From Candidatus Bathyarchaeota archaeon (lineage in GTDB: Archaea > Thermoproteota > Bathyarchaeia > Bathyarchaeales > Bathycorpusculaceae), in contig CAWHDT010000003.1 in NCBI GenBank assembly GCA_963828195.1, forward strand, positions 224,001-288,000: 64,000 bases of DNA, in the 5' to 3' direction. A model generated the notes under the pieces. That model saw nothing but the letters and a program-made list of their open reading frames with translations. It made no database searches and was not told the origin of the DNA. Below are positions 41,497-52,294 of this stretch, piece by piece; within the stretch, counting starts at the first letter, position 1, and each line of letters starts with the position of its first letter. The position numbers and the translations under genes were made by a program.

Positions 41497-43560
41497 ATGA
41501 AGATGCCCACAATAGCTTTTTCTCAAGAATCGTTCTCCCCTTTTGGCGAGGCTATACAGAAAGAGTGGCTTATAACCAACGGTTTAGGCGGCTACGCATC
41601 AAGCACCGTTTTAGGCATAAACACAAGAAAATATCATGGCTTACTGGTTGCCGCTTTAAATCCGCCTGGAGACCGCACCGTCTGCCTCTCAAAGCTAGAT
41701 GAAGACGTCTCCGTCGGCAAAGATTTTTACCAGTTAGGCGCCAACGAGTTCCGCGACGTGATTTACCCGCAGGGCTACAAGCTGCTTAAAACCTTCACAC
41801 TCGACCCTTTCCCCACCTACACCTATGGCTTCGGCGACGTGACAGTTCAAAAAACGGTTTTTACACCAAAAAACAAAAACGGCGTCGCAGTAATCTATAA
41901 AATTTCAAACAGCAACAGCTTCGACGCTAAATTCAGAATTTACCCGCTTTTAACCTGCAGACATTTCCACAACGTTTTAGACCAGTGGAGAAACCCCCTG
42001 TACTTCAGCCAAAAAACCAGCGGCGGCGCGTTTGAAGCGGCTTTTCAGAATCCAGAGGCTACGTTTCTGTGTCGCTCAACAGAGGGCGTGTTTAAAGAGA
42101 AAATTAACTGGGTGGACCATTTGTTTTACCGTGCTGAAGCCGCAAGAGGGGAAGCCAGCGTTGATGATTGTTTTCAGCCGGGAAGCTTTGAGCTGCCTGT
42201 TTTAGCTGGGGCAGAGAAGAGTTTTGCAGTAACCGCTTCTCTTAGCAGTGAAGCCGCCTCGGCGAAAGAGGCTCTTGAGGGCATCGGCGGCACAATTGAT
42301 GAGGTCAACGCTTCGCTAAATCAGGAGTTAACGCTGAAAAACGGTTTGCTGGAGAATTTTTACAGTTTACACCCTGAGGTTCCGCAGAGCGATTGGCTAA
42401 ACTGGATTCTTTTAGCCGCTGACTCATTTGTGGTGCAAAGTGCAGCGGGTGAAAAATCGGTTATTGCAGGTTACTTCTGGTTTGAGCCGTGGGGCAGAGA
42501 CACCTTCATTTCGCTGCCTGGCTTAATGCTGGCGACAGGCAGATTTGCCGATGCAAAGAATATTTTGCAAAACTTCATTCACTACTGCAAAGCAGGGCTT
42601 ATCCCAAACTACATTTCCGATAAGTCAGGGGAACCAACATACAACACTGTTGACGCCACATTCTGGTACGTTAACGCTGTCCTCCAATACCTAAAATACA
42701 CTGGCGACTTCGTGTTTGTCGAAGAGGAGCTTTGGGATAGTCTGCAGGCGATAGTGGATTATCATGAACGGGGCACCCTCTTCGGCATAAGGCTGGACTA
42801 CGATGGCTTGCTTATGCATGGGTCGCGGCTTACATGGATGGATGCTGCAGTCGGCGGCAAAGAAATTACGCCAAGAGTCGGCAAAGCCGTGGAGATCCAA
42901 GCGCTCTGGTACAATACGCTGCGGATCATGCAGTTTTTGGCAAACGACTTCGGCGACAACGCTTCCGCCCAGAAGTACGCTTCAATGGCTGATAAAACCA
43001 GCCGCAGCTTTAACGAGAAATTCTGGAACCCGAACGCAGACTGCCTCTTCGACGTCTTGGGCGCCGAGGGTGCGGATGCGTCTCTTCGCCCCAACCAGGT
43101 TTTCGCCGTCTCGCTCGATTTTACCATGTTGGACAAAGACAAAAGCGCGAAGGTTGTCAGCCTTGTTAATCGGGAGTTGGCGACGCCCTTTGGGCTGCGC
43201 ACTTTGGCGTTGAGCGACCCAAAATTCGTGGGCAAATGCTTCGGCGACAGATTAAGCAGAGACGCCGCCTACCACAACGGAACCATCTGGCCCTGGCTGC
43301 TGGGGCCATTCATAACCGCGTACCTGAAAGTCAACGGCTACAGCCCTCAGTCACGTGAGTACGCATTGAAAAACTTTGTTTTACCCCTCTTAGGCAGCGG
43401 AATCAACCATGCGGGACTGGGCACCTTGAGCGAAATATACGACTGCGACTCGCCGAACACGCCCCGAGGCTGTATCTCCCAGGCGTGGAGCGTCGCCGAA
43501 CCCCTAAGAACATACATAGAAGACGTGCTGCAGATTAAACCAAGATTCCAGTTTACCTAG
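41497..43560 (+). CDS. Amylo-alpha-1,6-glucosidase (glycogen debranching enzyme)
   Basis: EWLITNGLGGYAS, WGRDTFISLPG, TWMDA, RPNQ, YHNGTIWPW, QAWS. Confidence 0.95.
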   Translation: MKMPTIAFSQESFSPFGEAIQKEWLITNGLGGYASSTVLGINTRKYHGLLVAALNPPGDRTVCLSKLDEDVSVGKDFYQLGANEFRDVIYPQGYKLLKTFTLDPFPTYTYGFGDVTVQKTVFTPKNKNGVAVIYKISNSNSFDAKFRIYPLLTCRHFHNVLDQWRNPLYFSQKTSGGAFEAAFQNPEATFLCRSTEGVFKEKINWVDHLFYRAEAARGEASVDDCFQPGSFELPVLAGAEKSFAVTASLSSEAASAKEALEGIGGTIDEVNASLNQELTLKNGLLENFYSLHPEVPQSDWLNWILLAADSFVVQSAAGEKSVIAGYFWFEPWGRDTFISLPGLMLATGRFADAKNILQNFIHYCKAGLIPNYISDKSGEPTYNTVDATFWYVNAVLQYLKYTGDFVFVEEELWDSLQAIVDYHERGTLFGIRLDYDGLLMHGSRLTWMDAAVGGKEITPRVGKAVEIQALWYNTLRIMQFLANDFGDNASAQKYASMADKTSRSFNEKFWNPNADCLFDVLGAEGADASLRPNQVFAVSLDFTMLDKDKSAKVVSLVNRELATPFGLRTLALSDPKFVGKCFGDRLSRDAAYHNGTIWPWLLGPFITAYLKVNGYSPQSREYALKNFVLPLLGSGINHAGLGTLSEIYDCDSPNTPRGCISQAWSVAEPLRTYIEDVLQIKPRFQFT

Positions 43561-43620
43561 ATCTTGGCTTTTGTTCTAGTATTTTGTGGCTGGTTTCTGT
43601 TACTAATTTTTATTTTTAAA

Positions 43621-43711
43621 AGAACAACAACACCGTAAATTCAAATGTTGTTCTTCTCGGCAAGGTTTCTTCAAAAGAAGAAGACTAGAAAAATCGTTTT
43701 TCTTCTTCTTC
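43621..43711. terminator. Two hairpins between convergent genes
   Basis: AGAACAACA...TGTTGTTCT and AAGAAGAAGA...TCTTCTTCTT inverted repeats. Confidence 0.4.
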
Positions 43712-43780
43712 CCAAATAAGCCTGGCTGCTTTAATAGAGCATTATGCCGACGAGGGTTCCTCTCTGGTTTTCAAACGCTC

Positions 43781-44710
43781 TCAGTGCAGACAAAGTCCAA
43801 AAAGAAGAGGCGAATTGCTGCGTTTTCTGATGTAAACGATTAATCCCGCGCAAACGACAGCCGCAACTGTCGCACCTGCAACGGCAACGGGTACAACTGG
43901 AAAAGGCTCTGGCTTCGCTACTGTAAAACTGATGGTTTGTGAAGACCCAACGCTTCCAGCTTCATCAGTTGCGTAAACCGTTACGTTATGGGCTCCATTA
44001 AATAACCCATGCAAGGTCAAGTTTCCCGAAGTAGTAATATTCTGGTGTCCGTCAAGGCTATAGGTGATTTGCGAAACCGTCTTGTTAACCGTGAAATCTA
44101 GCGGCACGTTAGACGCGTTGTAGACTTTAGTTTCTGGAGATAGGACCGAGATGTTTGGAGAGATAGAGTCAATGTTAAATGAAACTGTTGTGAAAACAGC
44201 CCAGCCATAAGGATAACTGTAAGATAACATGAATACGTCAGGTCTTATCCAGACTGTTACGTTGTGTTCTCCTTGGGACAAATCAGTCAACGTCGCATTG
44301 CCCACATAAAGATTCGCTGAACCGGTCAGAGTTGTGGAAACGTTGTCTGGGAGTGAATAAACCTGAGAGCTCATGATTGTATTAACAAGGTTAGCTGTGC
44401 TATAATCCAGAACGCAGCCATGCCTCAAAAAAAGGTCGTAAGGACCGCCCGAAAAATTCTCCATGGGTACAACGTAAGATTCTATTGTGAAGGCTAAGGT
44501 AACATTGTTTTTGTTATAGGTTTCATTTCGGGGGGACTGTATGGTGACTGTGGCGTTTGTGTTTCCTTCAACGATTGTGTTATTGCTAGAGGTTTGTTCA
44601 GCTTGAGCGATTGTTCCTACGCCATTTAGGGTTAACATTGCCCCAATTAACATGGATGCCAGAAGCGACAAGACGAGCGTTAACGCTATTGCTTTTTTAC
44701 TCATGCCCAT
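43781..44710 (-). CDS. Surface protein, cassette 4 (Ig-like domains and TM)
   Basis: Signal peptide, YSLDG domain, PFP followed by TM and RKR. Confidence 0.88.
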   Translation of the reverse strand: MGMSKKAIALTLVLSLLASMLIGAMLTLNGVGTIAQAEQTSSNNTIVEGNTNATVTIQSPRNETYNKNNVTLAFTIESYVVPMENFSGGPYDLFLRHGCVLDYSTANLVNTIMSSQVYSLPDNVSTTLTGSANLYVGNATLTDLSQGEHNVTVWIRPDVFMLSYSYPYGWAVFTTVSFNIDSISPNISVLSPETKVYNASNVPLDFTVNKTVSQITYSLDGHQNITTSGNLTLHGLFNGAHNVTVYATDEAGSVGSSQTISFTVAKPEPFPVVPVAVAGATVAAVVCAGLIVYIRKRSNSPLLFGLCLH

Positions 44711-45578
44711 CCGCGGTCACCTGCTTGCGTTTCTTAAAGTGGACTAATAAACCAGCAATCGCAACAACAACCGCTGCTACTGAAACAATAGCGACGGTTA
44801 CCGTTTGAAAAGGCTTTGAGTTCATTCCTGTTGGAACAGCAATTGTGAAATTCATTGTTTGTGAAGCACCCATATTGCCAATTGTATCATTAGCAAATAT
44901 TGTTAAACTGTGCTGCCCTTCACTTAGTCCTGTTAATGTCGTGTTTCCGCTTATTGTTTCGTTGTTTTGGTTGTCTATGCTGTAGCCTATCCATGAGGTT
45001 GCCTCGTCAACGCTGAAATTCAGAGGTATTGAACCCAACGTTACATTCGTAATTTCATAGCTGTTGTTTTGGGGAGATAAGAGGCTGATTTTTGGTGGGG
45101 GAACATTGTAAACTGAAAAGTAAACGGGTGGAAGTGAGACGTTCCAAGGAAAAATTCCGTCATCATCAACATTGCAAGCTCCATCGGCGAATACCCTGAG
45201 TTCATGTATGCCATTGGCTAAACCCGAAATATCTGCTAAACCAGTTTCATTTACCGGAATAACGTCGAAACTACTCCAAAAAGTATAATCTCCCTCTGAA
45301 GAGGAAAATGATAGCGTAATTGCATTGTTGCCGTCTACGCTGTACCCAACTTCGTTTATGCCAAACCAAGGTATGGGACCGTTTTCGCTCAAATCTATTG
45401 TAAAATTCAAAGGCATATTTCCCGTGTAAGTGGTGTTGCTTTTTGGGCTTATCATTATTAATTTGCCATTAAGATTTGTGTAATCTGTGTCTGCTCTTAC
45501 CCTAATAGGAAGCAATATAATGGACGCCATTAGGAAGACGAGAACAAGCACCAAAGCCAAACGTTTACGAAAGTCCAT
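44697..45578 (-). CDS. Surface protein, cassette 3 (Ig-like domains and TM)
   Basis: Signal peptide, YSVDG and YSIDN domains, TM and KKRK. Confidence 0.88.
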   Translation of the reverse strand: MDFRKRLALVLVLVFLMASIILLPIRVRADTDYTNLNGKLIMISPKSNTTYTGNMPLNFTIDLSENGPIPWFGINEVGYSVDGNNAITLSFSSSEGDYTFWSSFDVIPVNETGLADISGLANGIHELRVFADGACNVDDDGIFPWNVSLPPVYFSVYNVPPPKISLLSPQNNSYEITNVTLGSIPLNFSVDEATSWIGYSIDNQNNETISGNTTLTGLSEGQHSLTIFANDTIGNMGASQTMNFTIAVPTGMNSKPFQTVTVAIVSVAAVVVAIAGLLVHFKKRKQVTADGHE

Positions 45579-46967
45579 CCGCTGTCGCCCGTTTGCGTTT
45601 CTTGAAGTAAGTTAATAAACTAATAACCACTAGAACTGCTACCGCTATAGAGATAACAACAGTTTCGTTTGGGAAATTCGCCAGAGATACTTTGAAAGTG
45701 ACGGTTTGCGAATAACCCATATTTCCATATGTGTCATTGGCGTAGACTGTGATGCTGTGCAAACCGTTTGCCATTTTGGCTATGGTGCTGTTGCCAGTTA
45801 TTGTTATGTTTTGCTTCCCATCGAGGCTGTAACCCACCCAACTAACATCTTATCTGCTGAAAAAACCAAAGAAATGCTCGATTCATTGTACGTCTGGTTT
45901 AGCGGCGATAAGAGCGATATTTTGGGCGGAGTGGTTTCCAGTAAATATTTGGGGTCAGGTGTTCCAAACCCTGCGGGCGTATACTGCTCGTTTACAGAGG
46001 TTGGATTGGCATTTTCGGGTCCAGGATCATCGAAGGGAAAAGGGAAAACCTCAACAGTACCGCCGATAACGTATAGTGTGTCGTCGATGTCCGCAACACC
46101 GAAATCGGTACGCCCCGTAGGTATGTCAGCTCCAGAAGTCCAAGTATTACTTTCAGGATTGTAAATCTCCGTTGTGCCACCGCCGAACATGGAGTTCCAC
46201 CCAGCGAATACATAGATTCGTTCGGGAGCCATTATTCCAACAGTTGCAACTGCAATTCCAGTTCCAAATTCGGGTGGCGGTGTCCCTAAACTCCAATTGT
46301 CAGTTTGAGGGTCATATATTTGGGTTAGTTGAAAAATGGTGTTTCCGCCGATGATGTATATTTTATTGTTGAAGACGGTTGAAGCGTAATTAGTCGTGGC
46401 ATTAGGCATAGGTGCCTTGGTGGTCCAAGTGTCGGTAGCGGGGTCATAAGCCTCGTTTATTCCCGTGATGTTCCCGTCGCTATTCATCCCACCTATGCAA
46501 TAGATTTTGCCGTTTACAACGTTAGCTTGCAGTCCAGATCTATCTGTCGGCATAGGCGTTTTGGTTTCCCAAGTATCCGTCGCTGGATCGTAAACTTCGT
46601 TTAGCCCGCCGCTTATGCAATAAATCTTATCTTGAAATACTGCGGTAGAAAAATAACTGCTTGGCGTAGGCATCGGTGCTCTGGAAGTCCAAACATCTGT
46701 TGCAGGATCATATTCTTCATTCGTCCCTACAACGCCGCCACCTTTGGATTCATCCAAATCAATTACTTCAGTGGAGCCGCCTATGGCATAGATTTTGTTG
46801 TCTACTACAGCGACGCCTAAGCCGCCTCTAGCTGTGGGCATCGGTGCCTTCTCTACCCACGAATCCCCACCTGCTGATTGCCCCGATACAGGTTTAGAAA
46901 TCATTGTACACGATGTCATTAAGAAGATCAGAACAAGCAATAAGGCGAAACCTTTACTCATGTCCAT
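45565..46967 (-). pseudogene. Kelch-repeat surface protein, cassette 2, frameshifted near 45850
   Basis: The Kelch ORF 45804-46967 leaves frame at FSADK; the expected VSWVGYSLDG, TM and tail continue in ORF 45565-45837. Confidence 0.85.
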
Positions 46968-48189
46968 CTACAGTCACCCGCTTTCGTTTTCTGAAGTAAA
47001 CCAACAACCCAGCAACCACAACCAACAATGCTGCAGAAATGGCAACAACCAGTGCGGTTGGAAAAGGTGTGTCTACTGTGAAGTTGATGGTTTGGGAAGC
47101 GCTCATATCTCCAAAGGTGTCATTGGCGTAAAGCACAATAGTGTGTTCGCCGTTGGTCATCTCGGTTAGGGTTGTGTTGCCCGTTATGGTTACGTTTTGT
47201 TGTCCGTCAAGGCTGTAGCTTACCCAACTGACAAGTTTATTCACCGAGAACGATAAAGAAACATTAGAGTTGCTGTAGGTCTTGTCTAAAGGCGACAAAA
47301 CCGAGAATTTCGGCGGCACAGTTTCCTGCTCATAATTTAGCAGAAAAGATGCGTTGAACGGGGTCATCAGTGGGTACTGGTCTTTATTCTGTGAATCAAT
47401 TATGTATGACTGGTTCCCTATTCCCGTATTGCCTATCTCTGTAGCCTTGTAGTCGCTCCAGTAATTTCCGCCAGAAGGAAAGCCATCATCCCAAACATTA
47501 ATTGACCCGGAATCTGCAGCTTGTCCCCCAATTGGACTATTCATAAAATTGTTGTGGTAAATAGTATTGTTCGAAGCATCATAATCAATTCCTACGCCGT
47601 TAATGGATAAGCCTTTGGAGGTTATGGTATTTCCAGCTATTAGATTATTATTTGTTCCTGAGAAATCCATGCCTTCAATGTTGTTTACCAAGTTATTTCC
47701 AGTTACTATGTTTGAACCTTCGCCCTCAACGTAGATTCCGGCAGTTTCTTGTCCATTCAATGCGTCAACGGTTCCAGTTCCGCTTATCGTATTATTCGAA
47801 AGAGTGACATTTGAGGAAGATTCTAAAACGATTCCTAAGACCAAAGACCAAGGATACAATGATGTAACTTGAAAGTTTTTCACCGTAACATTCGATTGAT
47901 CACTTATTGTAATGGCTGCATATTCTCCATTGAATGTTCCACCATTCAATATTTGCCCGTTTCCATCAAGCACGATGTTGCTTCTTTCTATAGTTATGCT
48001 TCCATTTATCTCGCTTGTTAAAGTGTAGATATCTCCTGTTTGCTGAATGGGTGCGGTTGAGGGAGTTACGCTGCCGTCAGGATTCATAGTGATATCGCTC
48101 TGAGTTTGAGCCTTAACGGGTCGAACACAAACTATGCCTAAAGACATCAAGCACATGAGAATAAGAGCAAGGACAATAGTTTTTTTCAT
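46954..48189 (-). CDS. NosD/parallel beta-helix surface protein, cassette 1
   Basis: Signal peptide, Asn-rich beta-helix repeats, GGNYWSDY...DQYPL, YSLDG domain, TM. Confidence 0.92.
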   Translation of the reverse strand: MKKTIVLALILMCLMSLGIVCVRPVKAQTQSDITMNPDGSVTPSTAPIQQTGDIYTLTSEINGSITIERSNIVLDGNGQILNGGTFNGEYAAITISDQSNVTVKNFQVTSLYPWSLVLGIVLESSSNVTLSNNTISGTGTVDALNGQETAGIYVEGEGSNIVTGNNLVNNIEGMDFSGTNNNLIAGNTITSKGLSINGVGIDYDASNNTIYHNNFMNSPIGGQAADSGSINVWDDGFPSGGNYWSDYKATEIGNTGIGNQSYIIDSQNKDQYPLMTPFNASFLLNYEQETVPPKFSVLSPLDKTYSNSNVSLSFSVNKLVSWVSYSLDGQQNVTITGNTTLTEMTNGEHTIVLYANDTFGDMSASQTINFTVDTPFPTALVVAISAALLVVVAGLLVYFRKRKRVTVDGHE

Positions 48190-48234
48190 TCGTTTTTCAA
48201 TTTGCTATTTTGTTGCTAAAGCGATAAAAGGTTA

Positions 48235-48291
48235 TTCATCAAGGTTTCTTGACTAATAGAGAATTTTTCTTAGTCCAGATTTCTTGACTAA
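48235..48291. promoter_or_regulatory. Two copies of a 22-bp palindrome, consensus TTAGTCAAG-N4-CTTGACTAA
   Basis: TTCATCAAG-GTTT-CTTGACTAA (48235-48256) and TTAGTCCAG-ATTT-CTTGACTAA (48270-48291), just upstream of a TATA-like box. Confidence 0.65.
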
Positions 48292-48371
48292 CAATCTTGT
48301 CGGAGAGCAGGGTGTTCCGCAGAAAGAACAGCAAAAAAACGCTCACGCCGCTCTTGGATGGTTTTGGAAAA

Positions 48372-49412
48372 TCAGGGATTTATTGCTTTTCTGAGGCTTT
48401 CGGCGGCGGTTTCAGGCGTAACCGTGTTGATGTATGTGCCCGTGCTTAACTCGAAGCCTGCCCAAATTGACAGTTTAGGGTAAACTTCTAGGTGCCAATG
48501 GAAATAGCCCCGCGCTTCAGGGTCGAGGGCTAAGTGGAAGCCGTAGTTGTAGGGCGGATCATTCACCAAGTCTTTTAGGGCTTTGAGGCTGCCTTTGAGG
48601 GTTCTGGCGAAAGCTGAAATTTCCTCGTCGCTTAGACTAAGGATGTTGGCGGCGTGTTTTCTAGGCATAACCCAGAATTCCATCGGGTTGATGCTTGCGT
48701 AAGGAGCAAAAACGAAGAAGTCTGAGTCTTCGCTGATGAGCCTTGGGCTTTTGGATTCCTTCTCGATTATGTCGCAGAAAACGCATCTGCGCTCTTTGTC
48801 GTAAAATGCTTTGGCTGCAACCTGTTCTTCCTGGATTGTTGTGGGAACGATGGGTGTTGCGATGATTTGGCTGTGCGCATGTGAGAGCGACGCGCCAGCT
48901 GCCTGCCCGTGGTTTCTGAAGATCGAGACGTATTTGACGTATGGTTTTGCGCTTAGCTCTTTGAGCCTGTCGATATAGGCGTGGATGACAAGTTCAAGCT
49001 GAGGCAGAGATGCGTCAGCGGGGTGGTCGCTGTGGTTTGGAGACTCCACTATAACCTCGTGATGCCCAACCGCGCTGCCGAAGCATTCGCTTTTTAAAAT
49101 TTGGATTTCATCTTGGGGCTGCTTAGGCGGGCTGAAAGCTGGGTAGAGGTTTGGGATGCATCGGACAAGCCAGTTTTTGGGGCGTTCACCAACCAACGGG
49201 TCAGCAGCCTTCACAATTTCGCCGTTCTCCTGCAAATACAGCATCAAAGCGGGCGGCGTCATGGCTTCGTTGCCGACGCACATGGGGCAAACCACGGTTT
49301 GGGCAGACTCAGTTTTCGGTTTAGCAAAATCGGTGGGTCTGCGACCTCGCTCCGTCGCAATTACAACCCAACGGTTCAGCAAGTAATCTTTTCTAAGTTC
49401 ATTGTAAGGCAT
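48372..49412 (-). CDS. galT: Galactose-1-phosphate uridylyltransferase (GalT/HIT family)
   Basis: RGRRP, CPMC, NLYP, GASLSHAHSQ, AGFELSTG. Confidence 0.9.
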   Translation of the reverse strand: MPYNELRKDYLLNRWVVIATERGRRPTDFAKPKTESAQTVVCPMCVGNEAMTPPALMLYLQENGEIVKAADPLVGERPKNWLVRCIPNLYPAFSPPKQPQDEIQILKSECFGSAVGHHEVIVESPNHSDHPADASLPQLELVIHAYIDRLKELSAKPYVKYVSIFRNHGQAAGASLSHAHSQIIATPIVPTTIQEEQVAAKAFYDKERRCVFCDIIEKESKSPRLISEDSDFFVFAPYASINPMEFWVMPRKHAANILSLSDEEISAFARTLKGSLKALKDLVNDPPYNYGFHLALDPEARGYFHWHLEVYPKLSIWAGFELSTGTYINTVTPETAAESLRKAINP

Positions 49413-49577
49413 CTGCTATGCACCCTGAAAACTAAGCCGCAGAAACATTTTAGCATTTCCCAAAGACAAACGCCATTTAGCTTTTTGCGTTGAGAGTTTT
49501 TGATTTCGTATTTATCGGAAGGTTTTATATCGGCTAATCCCTAGATTCAGCCATCGGGGGTTAAGGCGCTGGGAACT

Positions 49578-51185
49578 GTGATTGAGCAATCAGTTTCAGG
49601 GACGCGTTTAACCCAGTTAAAGGCGGGCTTGAACAAGTGGCGTCTTGCTTTTTTGGTTTTTGCCCTCTTCTACGCCGCCGTGCTCATTTTGACGCTGTCT
49701 AACATGCCCATGCAGTGGGATGAAGCTATCCAACTCAACACCGGATTATTTCTAAAAATGGGACTGTACCAACGGTTCATCGGCACCGCGTTTTATCCTC
49801 CACTTTTCGGCTCCCTCGCTTCGGTTTTCTTTCGTGTTTTTGGCGCAAGCTTGGTTTCTGGCAGGTTGGTTTCCGTCGTTTTCTCCGTTCTTTCGCTCTG
49901 GGCAGTTTTTGAACTTGCCTACAGCATGTACGGCGGCAAAGCAGGGTTGCTTTCAGCGGTTTTGCTGGGGATTATGCCGGGTTACTTTTGGTTTTCAGGC
50001 ATGGCTTCGCTGGACATGATTCTTGTTTTCTTTTTTACGGTTTCGCTGTTTTTCTTTTTCCGCTGGCTCAGCAATCATCGGAATAAAATGTTGGTTTTCA
50101 GCGGTTTAGCTTTAGGTTTTGGCTTACTGGCGAACTATCAAATTCTTGCTGCAGGAGTAATAATGGTCGTTAGCCTACTGTTTTTGGGCGTAGGTCAGCT
50201 TAAACGGCTGTTTTCAAGATTTACCCTGATAATAATTACGGCTGCAATAGTGATTGTTCCTTGGGTTGTGGTTGCTTACCGTTTTTACGCGTCTCAAACT
50301 CTAAGCCAATGGGCGTATGTTCTCGAAGTCGGCAACTCCGCAAATTCGGTGTACAGCAGCCGTTTTCCCCTGCCAATCTACTATTTAGTGGAGATGACTT
50401 GGCCGTACAGCAGCATCCACCCGGTTTCGCTCTTACCCTACCTCTTGGGTTTAGCTGGCTTAGGCTTCTTTGCGTGGAGACGGAAAAAAGAGGACAAATT
50501 CGTTTTCATCTGGTTTATAACAGTCTACGTTTTCTTTACGCTAATCGAAAATAAGCAGTGGCGCTATATGCTTCCGCTGTTTCCGACCTTGGCAGTTTCC
50601 GCAGCGGCTTTTTCTTTATTCGTCTACTCAAAAGCTAAGAACACGTGGATTGGGCATGTAAGCTTAAACAGGAAACGCGCCGCTAAACTTGCCGCAGGAT
50701 TATTAATAATATTTCTAGCGGTTGCAGTGGCTTACAGCGTCGCTGACACCAAGCTCATGACGGCGCAGGAAGATGCCCAGATCGATATTCAACAAGCCAC
50801 AAACTACGCGGTCAGCCAAGACGCGGCGAACCAGTCGATCATGGTTCTTTGCCCATTCAACTACTTCAGCCAGGGCATGGTAAGCTTCTACCTGCTGGCG
50901 GAAGATCAAACCCAAATTCAAGTTTACCAGTACCCGACGGAGCCAGTAGACGTTTACACTCCAACCTTTAACATAACCGATTTCATCGGCCTGTGCCAGC
51001 AAAACAACGTGAAATTCGTTTTCATCTACGAATACGGCGGCTCAGTACCCTACTTCAACACGACACTTGACCTTATGGACATCTACGCGCAACTGTACGC
51101 TTCAGGCAACTTTACACACATGACGCCCCAAGCCACGTTCGGCGCAGACCCAAGAAGAATCTTTGTCTTGAACTTCACAGGCTAA
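49578..51185 (+). CDS. GT-C glycosyltransferase (ArnT/PMT-like, GT39/83)
   Basis: WDE motif after TM1, YPPL, multiple TM helices, RYMLPLFP. Confidence 0.88.
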   Translation: MIEQSVSGTRLTQLKAGLNKWRLAFLVFALFYAAVLILTLSNMPMQWDEAIQLNTGLFLKMGLYQRFIGTAFYPPLFGSLASVFFRVFGASLVSGRLVSVVFSVLSLWAVFELAYSMYGGKAGLLSAVLLGIMPGYFWFSGMASLDMILVFFFTVSLFFFFRWLSNHRNKMLVFSGLALGFGLLANYQILAAGVIMVVSLLFLGVGQLKRLFSRFTLIIITAAIVIVPWVVVAYRFYASQTLSQWAYVLEVGNSANSVYSSRFPLPIYYLVEMTWPYSSIHPVSLLPYLLGLAGLGFFAWRRKKEDKFVFIWFITVYVFFTLIENKQWRYMLPLFPTLAVSAAAFSLFVYSKAKNTWIGHVSLNRKRAAKLAAGLLIIFLAVAVAYSVADTKLMTAQEDAQIDIQQATNYAVSQDAANQSIMVLCPFNYFSQGMVSFYLLAEDQTQIQVYQYPTEPVDVYTPTFNITDFIGLCQQNNVKFVFIYEYGGSVPYFNTTLDLMDIYAQLYASGNFTHMTPQATFGADPRRIFVLNFTG

Positions 51186-51388
51186 AAACAAAGCTCTGCC
51201 AATTTATCTTAACTCGCGAGAAACTTCCCCTAAATTTAGCTTACTTTGGAAAAAGGGCCACTCGGCTCCAAAAGATTCTGGGTTTTCTTTGATGTTTCAG
51301 GACTAAAGTGTCCGTGCTGAAGGTAAAAGCATATATCTGTTAGCTTGTCCTTGTTATTTTCCGGTCTTAAGTCGAATTGGGCGGAAAT

Positions 51389-52294
51389 ATGGCGTTAGCT
51401 GATAAAATTCTGAAGCTTAAGCAAGAAAAGAAAGCCGTTATATTAGCTCATAACTACCAAAGGTCAGAAATTCAGGACATAGCTGACTACGTCGGCGACA
51501 GCATTGAGTTGAGCCGCAAAGCAGTCGAGGAAAAAGACGCTGAAATGATCGTTTTCTCCGCCGTAGATTTTATGGCTGAATCAGCCGCGATTCTTAACCC
51601 AACAAAAAAAGTGCTTTTGCCCTGTTTAGGTGCACGTTGCCCCATGGCGCAGATGCTTACCGTCAACGAGATAAAACATGCTAAAGCCCAGTATCCAAAG
51701 GCTCCAGTGGTGCTGTACGTGAACACTTTGGCTGTGTGCAAAGCCCAATGCGACGTCTGCTGCACCAGCGCCAACGCCGTGGAAGTCATAAAATCTCTTG
51801 ACGCCGACACAATTCTGTTTGGTCCAGACCACAACCTAGCCGAATACGTCAGCGAAAAAACAGGCAAAACCCTGATTCCGATCCCTGAAAACGGTTTTTG
51901 CCCAACCCACCTGCTTTTCCAGCCCGAAGACGTAACCGTGCTCAAGATGCAGCATCCAGACGCAACCGTCATGGTTCACCCTGAATGCAGCTCAGAAATG
52001 CGCAAAGTAGCTGACTACGTTGGCAGCACGTCAAAGATGTGCCGTTTCGCAAAGGAATCCAGCGCCAAAGACTTTATCGTAGGCACCGAAGAGGGCATTC
52101 TGCACCGCCTAACCAAAGAGAACCCTGAGAAAAACTTTTATTTGGCGTATGAAGATGCAATTTGCCCAAACATGAAGCTCACCACGCTTGACCGCCTCTA
52201 TGTTGCGTTGAAAGATGAGAAAAACGTGGTTAAGGTTCCTGAGGCAGTGGCGAGGAAGGCGCGGGCTTCGCTGGAACGCATGTTTGAAGTTTAA
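51389..52294 (+). CDS. nadA: Quinolinate synthase
   Basis: LAHNYQ, CPMA, YVNT, CPTH, HPEC, CPNMK. Confidence 0.97.
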   Translation: MALADKILKLKQEKKAVILAHNYQRSEIQDIADYVGDSIELSRKAVEEKDAEMIVFSAVDFMAESAAILNPTKKVLLPCLGARCPMAQMLTVNEIKHAKAQYPKAPVVLYVNTLAVCKAQCDVCCTSANAVEVIKSLDADTILFGPDHNLAEYVSEKTGKTLIPIPENGFCPTHLLFQPEDVTVLKMQHPDATVMVHPECSSEMRKVADYVGSTSKMCRFAKESSAKDFIVGTEEGILHRLTKENPEKNFYLAYEDAICPNMKLTTLDRLYVALKDEKNVVKVPEAVARKARASLERMFEV

